Source: an uncultured Dehalococcoidia bacterium
GTDB lineage: Bacteria; Chloroflexota; Dehalococcoidia; Lucifugimonadales; CAJWER01
Reading direction: 5' to 3'
Assembly: GCA_964608025.1 (NCBI GenBank)
Contig: CAZSLO010000023.1
Location: 193,578-257,577 of the forward strand
Length of the DNA stretch: 64,000 nt
Part shown: positions 1 through 10,193 of the stretch, one piece after another
Layout of the letters: each line of letters opens with the position of its first letter
Position numbering within the stretch: position 1 is the first letter of the stretch
Made by a program: the position numbers and the translations under genes
Notes under the pieces: generated by a model
Database searches by the model: none
The model's input: the letters and a program-made list of their open reading frames with translations, nothing else
Told to the model about the DNA's origin: nothing

Positions 1-1391
1 AAAAGTACTATGTTGGGTATTGACCAGCGACTATGGACCAGCGGAGGATACTCGATGTGTTTCGATATGGTTATTTGCTGCTTTGCCAGCTTGGCTCGGA
101 ATGCGTCGATCCGCATAAGAGCAATAGGCATAGTGAGCCCCATTATCATAAATGCGGCAAAGATAGCGAGGCTTGCACCTATCCCGAATCCTACTACGGT
201 TTCTATGTCCGCAGACGCATTGGCTACGAATGCTATCGCGTCAGTGAACATAGCGAGAGTTAATGCACCTAAAACTCCTGCCATACCTATTTTCAAGGCA
301 GCCCTTGGATCTAGTCCCAACCCTCGTTCTTCTCTATAACGGTTTACAGCGTGAATTATAAAGTCGGCCCCTAGAGAAATCATTGCGATTGGCACTATGA
401 ATTCGAGGGTGGTAGATGAGTTTAGGCCGATCAGGTTTGACAGCCCTTTAAGCCACACGATCATCGCTCCAAGTCCAATAGCAGTTAGTAATACAACCCA
501 GCTTGATTTCAAGCTAATGCCCACGATCACGAGGACGGCAAGAAATGTAGCTATAATGAACGGTATCGCGGTGCCTACTTCATCCTCTAATTCAAGACTG
601 GCGTCAATAGCCATACCCCACAACTGGTAGGTTTCTTGATTACCGCGGAGTAATTCTTGAACCTTGCGATTGAAGTGTTCTTTGTCGACGGTGGCTTGAT
701 CGCTGGTTGTACCGATTCTCAGGCTGCCGCCGCCTAGTTTTTCGTTATCAGCCGCAACTCCGAAAGTGACTGCAGGTGAAGACCAAATATCGAATTTTTG
801 ATCGGAAACCACGGTCTTTTGACGCGATATTGAGTTGAGGAGAAAGGATGTCCTAGTGTCATTGAAAACATAGTTCAGGGCGAGCTTCACTTGGTTCTCA
901 CTTGCATCTACCAAAGTGGTATTTAAATCGGGATGATTTCGCATAACTTCGTCAACTGCATTTGCGATTGTGAAGATGCCTACCCTGGGTTGTTGGCGAT
1001 CAATGTTGAATCCATTGTAGAGGTACGACTGAGTTGGAAGGTTAGGTGGACTCAACTGGCCACTAATATCTGCCTTGCGGAGTTTCTCTGAATTTTCCAG
1101 GAGTTCTAACAAAGGCGCTTTGGTTAGTATGTCGCCATTGCGGGCCTCCACGACAAAGAACGCTCCGTGGATCCGTGGGGGCAGATTGGTATTGTATCGG
1201 TTCTCAAGGTCGTATACTGGCCCTCCTGGATTGTCCGAGGCTTGATCTTCAGGTGCCATTAACATCATAGGGAAAACTAGCAAGCCGGTGATTACGATCA
1301 TGGAAACGATGAACAATCCAGAGCTTTTTTCTAGTCTGTTTGCGGTGCGTTGAGCAAGGCTCAAGCGATCGCTCTTTGAATGATTGATCAA
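1..1391 (-). CDS. MMPL/RND-family transporter, N-terminal part (runs off window start; not in ORF track)
   Basis: Manual translation from TTG at 1391: MINHSKSDRLSLAQRTANRLEKSSGLFIVSMIVITGLLVFPMML (TM1), a soluble loop, then a TM bundle ...FIVPIAMISLGADFIIHAVNRYREER...GALTLAMFTDAIAF...GFGIGASLAIFAAF with the MMPL-type GxD motif. Confidence 0.85.
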   Translation of the reverse strand, partial: MINHSKSDRLSLAQRTANRLEKSSGLFIVSMIVITGLLVFPMMLMAPEDQASDNPGGPVYDLENRYNTNLPPRIHGAFFVVEARNGDILTKAPLLELLENSEKLRKADISGQLSPPNLPTQSYLYNGFNIDRQQPRVGIFTIANAVDEVMRNHPDLNTTLVDASENQVKLALNYVFNDTRTSFLLNSISRQKTVVSDQKFDIWSSPAVTFGVAADNEKLGGGSLRIGTTSDQATVDKEHFNRKVQELLRGNQETYQLWGMAIDASLELEDEVGTAIPFIIATFLAVLVIVGISLKSSWVVLLTAIGLGAMIVWLKGLSNLIGLNSSTTLEFIVPIAMISLGADFIIHAVNRYREERGLGLDPRAALKIGMAGVLGALTLAMFTDAIAFVANASADIETVVGFGIGASLAIFAAFMIMGLTMPIALMRIDAFRAKLAKQQITISKHIEYPPLVHSRWSIPNIVL

Positions 1392-1409
1392 GTTTCGAAT
1401 TTTTGGGGT

Positions 1410-3101
1410 TTAGGCCGGGTTATTTCGGTGAGCCTTATCGATCTTGGACCAGGTATCCCTTAAGGAAACCGTATGATTAAAAACTAGGGCTTCTGGAACA
1501 GACTCTTTTGAATCTATGCAAAAGTATCCGCGGCGTTCGAATTGAAACCGGTCCCCTGGGGATGCATCTGACATGCTAGGCTCAACGCGGGAGTTGGTTA
1601 GTGTCTTAATAGAATTAGGATTCAGCATGAAGTCTTCGGATGAGCAGATGTCGTTTTCAATGAACAGATGGTTGTAGATTCTAATTTGGGCTGGTAATGA
1701 CTGAGCAGCTGATACCCAGTGAATTGTGCCCTTAACCCTCCTCCCGTCTGGAGCTTGTCCACCTCGAGTTTCAGGGTCATAAGTACATCTCAACTCTATG
1801 ACTTCTCCCGTAATATCATCCTTGATGACCTCTGTACAGGTGATGAAATATCCGTACCGAAGCCGTACTTCGCGTCCAATTGCAAGCCTAAAGAATTTTT
1901 TGGGTGGATTCTCACTGAAGTCATCCCGTTCCACGTAAATCTCACGTGAGAATGGGAGCATACGTATCCCTGAAGAAGGATCTTCGGGATTGTTAATAGC
2001 TTTTAATTCTTCTACTTTGCCCTCTGGATAATTCTCTATAATAATTTTGAGAGGATCGAGTACCGCCAGCACTCGGTCGGATGTCTTGTTCAAGTCCTCT
2101 CTTAGGCAGTGCTCCAGCAGTGCCATTTCGATGGTGTTATTCCGTTTAGCAATCCCGATCCGATCGCAGAAAACACGTATAGATTCGGGCGTATAACCTC
2201 TACGCCGCATGCCTGATATCGTTGGCATTCTAGGGTCATCCCACCCGTCAACATGGCCATCCGTGACTAGCTGAAGTAGTTTCCGTTTACTCATTACAGT
2301 ACTTTCCAGATCAAGTCTGGCGAATTCGATTTGCCTAGGATGGTAAATTTCCAGCTCGTTTAGGAGCCAGTCATATAGAGGTCGGTGGTCCTCGAATTCG
2401 ATGGTACAGATTGAGTGCGTGACTCCTTCAATCGAATCTGATTGCCCATGGGCAAAGTCGTAGGTAGGATAAATACACCACTTGTTTCCAGTCCGGTGAT
2501 GATCGGACTTAAGGATTCGATAAATTACGGGGTCGCGCATGTTGAGATTTCCGGAAGCCATGTCGATTTTTGCTCTGAGTACCCGTGAACCTTCCTCAAA
2601 CTTGCCTTGGCGCATTTCTTGGAATAGTCTGATATTTTCTTCTACGCTTCTATTACGGTAGGGACTCTCTTTACCGGGCAGCTTAAGGGTTCCTCGGTAT
2701 TCCTTGATTTCCTCTTGGGTCAAGTCGCAAACGTATGCCTTGGATTTCTCTATTAGTCTAATAGCATAGTCAGAAAGAGTGTCGAAGTAATCTGACGAAT
2801 ATAAGGTTCGGCTGCCCCAGTCGAAACCTAGCCATCGCAAGTCTTCTTGGAAGGACCTAATATACTCGATCTCTTCCTTGGTGGGATTGGTATCGTCGAA
2901 ACGCAAATTGCAATGGCCACCGTTTTCATTTGCAATGCTGAAATTTAGATGGGCCGATTTAGCATGGCCGATATGCATATACCCATTTGGCTCAGGGGGG
3001 AATCGAGTTATTACACGCCCGCCGAACCTTCCAGATGCATTATCTTCTTGGACTGCGGTCCGGATGAAGTCCTTCGCCGTGGATTTTTCGTTGGTTGTCA
3101 A
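1410..3101 (-). CDS. glnS: Glutamine--tRNA ligase
   Basis: [15 protein letters not shown] (HIGH), [41 protein letters not shown]; GlnRS-type beta-barrel C-terminus. Confidence 0.95.
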   Translation of the reverse strand: MTTNEKSTAKDFIRTAVQEDNASGRFGGRVITRFPPEPNGYMHIGHAKSAHLNFSIANENGGHCNLRFDDTNPTKEEIEYIRSFQEDLRWLGFDWGSRTLYSSDYFDTLSDYAIRLIEKSKAYVCDLTQEEIKEYRGTLKLPGKESPYRNRSVEENIRLFQEMRQGKFEEGSRVLRAKIDMASGNLNMRDPVIYRILKSDHHRTGNKWCIYPTYDFAHGQSDSIEGVTHSICTIEFEDHRPLYDWLLNELEIYHPRQIEFARLDLESTVMSKRKLLQLVTDGHVDGWDDPRMPTISGMRRRGYTPESIRVFCDRIGIAKRNNTIEMALLEHCLREDLNKTSDRVLAVLDPLKIIIENYPEGKVEELKAINNPEDPSSGIRMLPFSREIYVERDDFSENPPKKFFRLAIGREVRLRYGYFITCTEVIKDDITGEVIELRCTYDPETRGGQAPDGRRVKGTIHWVSAAQSLPAQIRIYNHLFIENDICSSEDFMLNPNSIKTLTNSRVEPSMSDASPGDRFQFERRGYFCIDSKESVPEALVFNHTVSLRDTWSKIDKAHRNNPA

Positions 3102-3144
3102 TCTATACCTTTTGGAGAATCGTAGAAGCAGTAATCGGATTTAT

Positions 3145-5799
3145 TTATAGTGGTCTACCTTCCATGTCTACATGTACTATTGGGTGGCCCAAATTTTTGA
3201 TATTTGATTCTATGGATTTACGGTCTCCTACTACCAGTATCACCAAATTCTGGTCGTCAATACGCCTGCTGGCAGTCTCTCGGACTTGTTCTAGGCTGAC
3301 TGATTCTAGGCTGGACATGAAAGTTGCGTAATAGTCCAGAGGGAGTCCGAATTGGACCAATCTTCCGAGCCCGTTCAGTATCTGGCCTTGAGTTTGGAAT
3401 TGTGATGGGAGACTGCGGTATATGCTTTGCTTAGCTTGGTTTATCTCATCGGCTGTGATTGGGTTATCACCTCGTATATTGGAGAATTCCTTAATTGTTT
3501 CTATGAGCGATTCCTTGGTAACGGCAGTTTGCACTGATCCGCCTGCAAGTAAAGCTGACGGACCGGCCATCCAGTCGATGTTCGAATAGTATCCATAGCT
3601 GTATCCTTTATCTTGTCGGAGATTCATGAAGAGTCTAGAAGTGGCATGGGCGCCGAAGATGTAATTAATTAATGTCATTGCGAAGAAGTCAGGATCATGC
3701 CGCGGGATTGTTACGTGTCCAGCTTGTATCACTGACTGAGGGGCGTTGGGTCGATCTACCAGGTAGATTGTCGTGGGGTTATTGCCAATGGTTTGTGAAT
3801 TGGGAGAGGAATTTGGACTAATTGTCGTGCCAGACCAATTACCCAAAAGATCTTCTGCTTTAGATAGAAGCGTTGCCTGATCTACATCGCCGATGGCTAT
3901 AAGCGTAGCGTTCTGAGGACTGAAGTAACTTGAATAATGCTTTTTTAGATGATTGACACGTATGCTGCTAATGGACTTTTTGGTACCGATTCCCGGATGG
4001 CCGTAAATCGAGTCGGGACCGTATAGCAGAGACTTTGTCGCTCTTTGGGCGATAGACATTGGATCGTCTGCGATTCGTTCAAGGTCTGTTAGTCTTTCTT
4101 TGCGTATCCTAGTCAATTCCTTAGATGGGAAAGAGGGATTCTGTACTAAGTCTGCTAATATATCGAATGCATCCGTCCAATGTGTGGTCAATGTTTCGGT
4201 GAATATTAAGATTTGTTCCCGGCTGGTGCTGAAGTGGATTTGGGATCCAAGAAATTCCATCTCTTCAGCTATATCTTGGGTGCTTCGCGATCCCGTGCCT
4301 TCAGCAAGCATTGCGGTGGTAATGCTTGCAAGCCCAGGTTGTTCTAGAGGATCAGATGCCTGGCCACTGCGAATCGCCACACCGAATGCTACTACAGGTA
4401 ACTCACGTTTTTCTATGAACATCACATCTAGCCCATTAGAAAGCGTGTCCCTCTTTGGGATAGGAGGGCTAAAATCATTTTGTAAACCGGCAGAAGGCAT
4501 GACCGATCTATCGATGGATACCGAAGTAGCTTTCTTGGGCCTTTCTGGCTGTATCTCCATGCGTACCCTATCCGTGTTGAGCCAACGTTTCGCCGCTTGC
4601 TGAATATCTTTACTGGTAACCCGGTTGAATCTTTCTAGATCCGTATTTATATTGTCGGGATCGCCCGTGAAGACATTGTAGAGGTTCAACTGGTCTGCCC
4701 TGCCACCAAAACCTCCGATCGACTCAAGCTGTCGTATATGTTGGCTATTGATCCGGTTTTTGGCACGCTGTAGTTCGCGTACAGACAAGGATTTATTTAA
4801 TATGTCGTCCAATTCTTCTTCTACTATGGTATGTATTTCTTCTAGATCGTGTCCGGGGTTCGCAGTGATTTGGATGTTAAATTCACCTGCTATTTCACGA
4901 GCATAATTATAGGCACTTACGTCATGTGCTATCTGTTTTTCATATACAAGGGTTTTGTAAAGGCGTGAGCTCTTGCCGTCTGCAAGTACAGTAGCAAGAA
5001 TGTCTAATGGAGCTTCGTCGTCGTCAAACGCTGGCGTAGATGGCCACACGAGATAAAGCCTAGGAAGCTGTACATTATCTGAGAAATTGAGACGAGTTTC
5101 TTTAGTTAGAGGGGATTCCATTCTTCCTATTCGATTGACCGTGGGCGCAGGTGATAAATTTCCGAAGTATCTCTCTACTAGGTCTCGTGTTTCATCCCTA
5201 TTTATATCCCCGGCGATAGCAAGACTCGCATTGGAAGGTGAATAAAACCGTCGAAAGAAGGACTGAATATCTTCTAAAGACGCGGCGTCTAAGTCCTCTT
5301 GGGAGCCTATTACAGGCCAACTATAGGGGTGAGGTAAAGGGAAAAGAGCTGGTTGTAGCAGAAGGTATGACATGCCGTATGGCCTATTCTCATAACTTTG
5401 GCGTCTTTCGTTCTTCACCACGTCTCGCTGGACATCGAGGCGTTTTTGGTCGAGAGCTTCTAGTAGGAAACCCATTCGGTCAGCCTCGAGCCATAAAGCA
5501 AGTTCGAGGTGGTCTGAAGGGACGTTTTCCCAGTAGTTCGTACGATCCGAGGTTGTAGATCCATTAACGGATCCCCCAATCTTTTGTAAGGGGTTGAAGA
5601 ACAGTTCATTGTGATTCTTCGAACCTTCAAACATCACGTGCTCAAAAAGATGTGCGAAGCCGGTCCGGCCTTGATCTTCATCTTTTGATCCAACGTGGTA
5701 CCAGATATTTACTGCGGCAATAGGTAAGGAATGATCCTCATGCAGTATGACATTGAGTCCATTTGGCAAAATAAATTTTTCGAAAGCGATAGATACCAT
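3145..5799 (-). CDS. M16 (pitrilysin/insulinase) zinc peptidase, fused two-module form
   Basis: HLFEH inverted zinc motif, NGSTTSDRTNY; second module with LRQDKGYSYG; GGAG RBS. Confidence 0.92.
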   Translation of the reverse strand: MVSIAFEKFILPNGLNVILHEDHSLPIAAVNIWYHVGSKDEDQGRTGFAHLFEHVMFEGSKNHNELFFNPLQKIGGSVNGSTTSDRTNYWENVPSDHLELALWLEADRMGFLLEALDQKRLDVQRDVVKNERRQSYENRPYGMSYLLLQPALFPLPHPYSWPVIGSQEDLDAASLEDIQSFFRRFYSPSNASLAIAGDINRDETRDLVERYFGNLSPAPTVNRIGRMESPLTKETRLNFSDNVQLPRLYLVWPSTPAFDDDEAPLDILATVLADGKSSRLYKTLVYEKQIAHDVSAYNYAREIAGEFNIQITANPGHDLEEIHTIVEEELDDILNKSLSVRELQRAKNRINSQHIRQLESIGGFGGRADQLNLYNVFTGDPDNINTDLERFNRVTSKDIQQAAKRWLNTDRVRMEIQPERPKKATSVSIDRSVMPSAGLQNDFSPPIPKRDTLSNGLDVMFIEKRELPVVAFGVAIRSGQASDPLEQPGLASITTAMLAEGTGSRSTQDIAEEMEFLGSQIHFSTSREQILIFTETLTTHWTDAFDILADLVQNPSFPSKELTRIRKERLTDLERIADDPMSIAQRATKSLLYGPDSIYGHPGIGTKKSISSIRVNHLKKHYSSYFSPQNATLIAIGDVDQATLLSKAEDLLGNWSGTTISPNSSPNSQTIGNNPTTIYLVDRPNAPQSVIQAGHVTIPRHDPDFFAMTLINYIFGAHATSRLFMNLRQDKGYSYGYYSNIDWMAGPSALLAGGSVQTAVTKESLIETIKEFSNIRGDNPITADEINQAKQSIYRSLPSQFQTQGQILNGLGRLVQFGLPLDYYATFMSSLESVSLEQVRETASRRIDDQNLVILVVGDRKSIESNIKNLGHPIVHVDMEGRPL

Positions 5800-5848
5800 A
5801 CAGTGTAGCTCCGGTCGAAAGAGATCTCGGGCGAATAGATTCCAAGAG

Positions 5849-5857
5849 AATTATATC
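5849..5857 (-). promoter_or_regulatory. Extended -10 element for the M16 peptidase-glnS-MMPL unit
   Basis: Minus strand TGATATAAT about 50 nt upstream of the ATG. Confidence 0.45.
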
Positions 5858-6001
5858 ATCGTGCTAGCGTGACTACGGGGTTGAAATGCTATTAGTGGTT
5901 ACCGAAAATATCTGAGTCCCGAACGTACTCTGTTGTAATGGACCCGGCCTTGGGGATTATAAAATCACGTTTTTTTACCAGGACAAACTTGTTGTCTGAT
6001 T

Positions 6002-7330
6002 TCAGCCTATTTCTACCAAGGTATCCTCCATCGCTTTGAGGAATCCGTCAATATGAGTTTTATTCATAGGGGAAGAGATTGTGATGCCTATACCTCCACG
6101 CAGTGAGAATCCCTTGAGAAAGAGCGCTAGTTCGATTCGAGCGGCAAGCTCACTATCCGGGAGGGTAGTAACGGATCGATAGTCTGTGACAGGTTGCTCT
6201 GTCATGTAATAGTGGATCCCTGCCCCGGCACTTAATACCCGGCTTGGTAAGCCTGCTTCATCAAAGACGTTGACAAGTCCATCGTGTAACCTTTGTCTTA
6301 AGTTATCGACGTGGGCATAAACTTCAGGTGTTAATGCCCTTAGGTTAGCCAGGCCCGCAGCCAGGGTAAATGAATTCCCAGAAAATGTTCCGCTTTGGCT
6401 TAGTCCTGTTGGTTCACCTGTGGTGTCTAGTATTTTCATGTACTCATCTTTGCCGCCGATAGCACCTATGGGAAAGCCTCCACCGAATGCCTTTCCGAAA
6501 ATCGTTATGTCTGGATCTATGCATGCTGAGCCTTGGGCTCCACCCGGTCCAGACCTAAAACTGACCACTTCGTCCATGACCATTGGTATACCAAGTTCGG
6601 ATGTGATATCTCGAATGAATCTGGTGAAATCTTCAGACACTTCCCACATACCCGGCCTTGCGTCATAGAAAACGCCGGCGATTTCATCCTTGTGTTCCCT
6701 GAGGATCAATTCGACGGATTCTCTGTCGCTATAAGGGAGTATGATGGAATCTTCTTCTGCCGTACGAGACATTCCATTCCAGGCAGCGACGGGTTCGGGT
6801 GAATCTGCCGGGCCAGCTTTGTCCAATGGTGGGGAGGAACTAACCTCAAGTGCGTCATGGCTGCCGTGGTATCCGCCCTCGAATTTTGCTACTTTTGGCC
6901 TGCCGGTTATTGCACGGACCATACGAGTTGCATGTAGAGATGCTTCTGTACCAGAATTACAGAACCTTACCTTGTCGATTGATGCAAACCTACTTGTAAT
7001 TTCTTCACCAATCTCTGCTTCTAGTTCTGTCGGTCCACCCAACCCGAATCCTCGGTCCACTTCCCGACGTACTGCTGACACCACGTCTGGATGACTGTGA
7101 CCTAACAGCATAGCTGAGTGGTGATTACCAAAATCAACGTATTTGTTGTCGTCGATATCCCAAATATAACAACCTTCAGATTTGGCAACATAGTGTGGAT
7201 ATGGGTGATTCCAGAAGGCGCCTTTTATCACTCCGCCTGGCATTACCGGGATACCCCGTTTCCACTGCTTAAGTGATTTAGGAGTCTTCCTCCGGTATTC
7301 TTCTACCAGAGATTCCATTGATTTAGTCAT
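6002..7330 (-). CDS. Class III PLP aminotransferase, glutamate-1-semialdehyde aminomutase-like paralogue
   Basis: RFCNSGTEA, KFEGGYHG, DEVVSFR, FGKAFGGGFPIGA (PLP Lys), SGTFSGN. Confidence 0.88.
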   Translation of the reverse strand: MTKSMESLVEEYRRKTPKSLKQWKRGIPVMPGGVIKGAFWNHPYPHYVAKSEGCYIWDIDDNKYVDFGNHHSAMLLGHSHPDVVSAVRREVDRGFGLGGPTELEAEIGEEITSRFASIDKVRFCNSGTEASLHATRMVRAITGRPKVAKFEGGYHGSHDALEVSSSPPLDKAGPADSPEPVAAWNGMSRTAEEDSIILPYSDRESVELILREHKDEIAGVFYDARPGMWEVSEDFTRFIRDITSELGIPMVMDEVVSFRSGPGGAQGSACIDPDITIFGKAFGGGFPIGAIGGKDEYMKILDTTGEPTGLSQSGTFSGNSFTLAAGLANLRALTPEVYAHVDNLRQRLHDGLVNVFDEAGLPSRVLSAGAGIHYYMTEQPVTDYRSVTTLPDSELAARIELALFLKGFSLRGGIGITISSPMNKTHIDGFLKAMEDTLVEIG

Positions 7331-7578
7331 GTGAGACTCCTCGAATCTAGTTTTCTAAGGCGCAAGCGCCCCGCCCAGTGCCTTATCGGAGATCTTACAA
7401 ACTCGGCTTCGGCCTCGAACTGGTCTATAACCGGTCCTCTTCCCATCTGCCCTGACATGATTATCTTGCTAACTGCAGTGGCGTCTTTTTCTCCAAAATC
7501 ATGAGTGGGCCTGAAGGACCTTGTTCGAACAGGTCGCCCACCGTGAATAGCCAGTGATTCTCGGATTTGTTTATTCAC
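7327..7578 (-). pseudogene. Truncated DegT/DnrJ/EryC1/StrS aminotransferase (N-terminal fragment)
   Basis: LAIHGGRPVR...GEKDATAVSKIIMSG...GPVIDQFEAE resembles a DegT N-terminus; similarity ends after about 57 aa and the PLP core is missing. Confidence 0.6.
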
Positions 7579-7665
7579 TAAATTGGCAGCTTGTAATCGG
7601 ATTCATCAGGGTATTTGATCGAGAAATCTCCAATGTCCTCACTGGATTTTAAGACGACGTGCTTT

Positions 7666-8421
7666 TCATATTTCTAGGCCCAATAATTTTATCGCGTTAA
7701 GGCCTAATATTTTACGCTTGTCGTTATTAGGAATATTAGCAGTCACAATTTTACCGATCTGGTGACGAGCATCTAGAAGCGCCATGTCTGTGCCGAACAA
7801 GACGTGGTCTGCGCCAGCAGTCTTTACCGAACTCTCTATAGCACCTTGGCCTGTCGGAGACCCACATGTTTCTAAATATACATTTGGAAGGTCCCGTGCA
7901 GCTTCGATTGCCTTCTCTGGTCCCCAACCTCCTGCGTGTGCGAGTACCCATTTTACCCTTGGGAACCGTTCCGAAAGTAATGCGAAACGCTCATAAGGCG
8001 TTTGTCCGGGTTTGTCAAAAGAGTAAGTGGCATGACCCATTACTGGTAGGCTTCTTTCGTTTAACCAGTCATAAATGGGGAAATATGCAGGGTCGTCAAT
8101 AGGTTTCTGGAAATAGTCGGGATATATCTTAAGATACTTCATCCCGAGTTGATCGAAAGCACGATCAAGTTCTGATATAGCTTCATTGGGATAGTGAGGT
8201 GTGACGAAGGCTACAGGTATAAATCGGTCGGGCCATTTGTTCACAAGTTCGGTTACACGGTCATTTGCAAGCCGTGCATCACCCAGAAATATGCAGTTGA
8301 TACATGCCTTGTCGATACCAGCCGAGTCCATAATCTTTATAAAGCGTTGTGGGTCTCCGTTTACACCATGACGTCCCCAGTTCCCAAGGTGGGAATGGAA
8401 ATCTATGACAGGAGTATTCAC
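7666..8421 (-). CDS. Amidohydrolase_2-family TIM-barrel hydrolase
   Basis: IDFHSH, KIYP, VMGH, LAHAGG, VLFGTD metal-ligand pattern. Confidence 0.88.
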   Translation of the reverse strand: MNTPVIDFHSHLGNWGRHGVNGDPQRFIKIMDSAGIDKACINCIFLGDARLANDRVTELVNKWPDRFIPVAFVTPHYPNEAISELDRAFDQLGMKYLKIYPDYFQKPIDDPAYFPIYDWLNERSLPVMGHATYSFDKPGQTPYERFALLSERFPRVKWVLAHAGGWGPEKAIEAARDLPNVYLETCGSPTGQGAIESSVKTAGADHVLFGTDMALLDARHQIGKIVTANIPNNDKRKILGLNAIKLLGLEI

Positions 8422-8423
8422 GG

Positions 8424-9203
8424 TTAATCTATGCCCAGCATCCGGTTAGCGTTGCCAAAGCAGATTGCTTGTAATGCCTCGTCACTTAATCCGCAATGGT
8501 GGAGGTGGTAAAGTTGGGGAGACATCGCTGAATATGGAAACCGAGATCCGAAAATAACGCGATCTGGCCCAATCGCTTCGATAGCGGATGTTATTCCCCC
8601 GGTGACCACAAACCTTGAGATTTCCATATCCAGATTTGGCAGATTTTTTAGCAATGGTAATGCCCATGAAGCGTCATTATATTTCACTTCGCTCAGCACC
8701 GCGGTGATGTCTTCCCTGGCTGACAAGGTGTCGTAGATATCACGGGGATCGATTGGATAGGTGTTTCCTAGTAATTGGTGTTCCACTGGTAGCCATACTG
8801 TTATTTTTGTCTCTGCGAGCCAGTCGAGCCAAGGTCCTAAAATCCAAGAACGAAAAGGGTAGTTGTGGAGACTTGGAAGCATCCTAATCGACCGGACACC
8901 CTCGGATTCTACATGCGAAGCTATCTCATCTAATTTGTCGAAACTTGGGTTACAAACGAATTGAGGGACGAAATCAGATGAATCTCGAATGGTCTCCATA
9001 AGCATTCGATTTCCTTCACCAGAATCATAAGTTATTGCGTGGGGGGAGTGGGCTACAGCGATATTAATACCCGCTCGTTTCATCTCGTTTCGGGTATCGG
9101 TAATTGATTCGATGCTTACTGGCATGTCATGCCGTCGGCCCAATGAAATATTCGCGTCAGTTACAGGAACAGATGGTTTGAAATCTAGCTTGACATCGCC
9201 CAT
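8424..9203 (-). CDS. Amidohydrolase-fold protein with degenerate metal site (start 9203 or 9281)
   Basis: Same fold layout as the neighbouring gene, but TDANISLG, VLSE and VIFGSRFP replace DxHxH, LAH and FGxD. Confidence 0.75.
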   Translation of the reverse strand: MGDVKLDFKPSVPVTDANISLGRRHDMPVSIESITDTRNEMKRAGINIAVAHSPHAITYDSGEGNRMLMETIRDSSDFVPQFVCNPSFDKLDEIASHVESEGVRSIRMLPSLHNYPFRSWILGPWLDWLAETKITVWLPVEHQLLGNTYPIDPRDIYDTLSAREDITAVLSEVKYNDASWALPLLKNLPNLDMEISRFVVTGGITSAIEAIGPDRVIFGSRFPYSAMSPQLYHLHHCGLSDEALQAICFGNANRMLGID

Positions 9204-9420
9204 TGTGATTTCCGCACGTTCATCTATTAACAGGGAGTTTAGCATAGAAACACTAGGCCCTGTCCGAAAATGATTATTCACAATGATCCCCTAGGTCATC
9301 ATTGAACAGGGAGTAAATTTAATATTGGAATTCTCAGGTGCAAAGTGGTCTAGGCATGATGTGCGAAAAACAGGACACTGATTAAATATTTATCCAATTC
9401 GCTATTCTGTTTAATCTAAC

Positions 9421-10116
9421 CTAACTTGACAGTGCACGCAGAACTCTCAGAATTTGCCCGGCGGCAGCCAGTATTGCAGCTTCAATCAAGGTTAACAGGG
9501 CGATAATCATAGTTGCGTCGAAGAAAAATCCTTCAGGAAACATCGCCAGAAGTAAATGGTGGCGGGGGTCCAGTTGCCATAAGTCATTGCTGAAACTAAT
9601 TATATGGAATGCTAAAAACAGCCTGTCGAATCCTAAAATTGATCCTAGTCCTATTGCAAACATGACTGCGAGTGTAAGCAGTCCACCGTAAGAAAGTAAC
9701 TGTAACGAGATTCGGATAACACCTGATCTAGCCAGGCCCACTGTAACGAGTAGGAAAGCTACTAAGTATGCCGCTGTAATGTACTGGACCAGGTAAGTTC
9801 CCTTAACCAATTGCTTTACATCTTTCATATGCAATATCTCTCTCTCGCTGTAGATACTGCGTCTAATTCCTCTTATGAAAATGCGGACATCCAAAATCTC
9901 GGAGTCATCGTTAAAGTAATTGCGAATTTGCAATCCAGCTTCTATGAGTTCGTCCAGTTCAATACCAGTCTTCTCCGGGATGTCATATTTATTGAATCCG
10001 TAGCTATATAGGGAAGGCCAATTAATAACTAGGCGGGTGTTGATTGTAATAAGTAACAACGGAATGAAAGCCACGAATAGAGAATAGGCCGCTACTTTTG
10101 ATATACGCATATCCAA
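9421..10116 (-). CDS. TIGR01906/DUF1461-family integral membrane protein
   Basis: EREILHMKDVKQL, FDRLFLAFHIISFSNDLWQLDP, MFPEGFF; four TM segments. Confidence 0.85.
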   Translation of the reverse strand: MDMRISKVAAYSLFVAFIPLLLITINTRLVINWPSLYSYGFNKYDIPEKTGIELDELIEAGLQIRNYFNDDSEILDVRIFIRGIRRSIYSEREILHMKDVKQLVKGTYLVQYITAAYLVAFLLVTVGLARSGVIRISLQLLSYGGLLTLAVMFAIGLGSILGFDRLFLAFHIISFSNDLWQLDPRHHLLLAMFPEGFFFDATMIIALLTLIEAAILAAAGQILRVLRALSS

Positions 10117-10193
10117 AGTCTAGCAGAGGAGCCTTGTTGGCTTATACAAATCGCTCGTATAATTCCCGGAAAATTCTCTAGTCAGGTTTAACT

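Noticed and set aside
10-630. Plus-strand ORFs 10-339, 33-263 and 397-630
   Set aside because: Antisense shadows of the minus-strand MMPL gene that runs off the window edge.
6002-7330. Calling the aminotransferase hemL
   Set aside because: The N-terminal motif is PGGVIKGAF rather than PGGVNSPVR, and there are no tetrapyrrole genes nearby; probably a paralogue.
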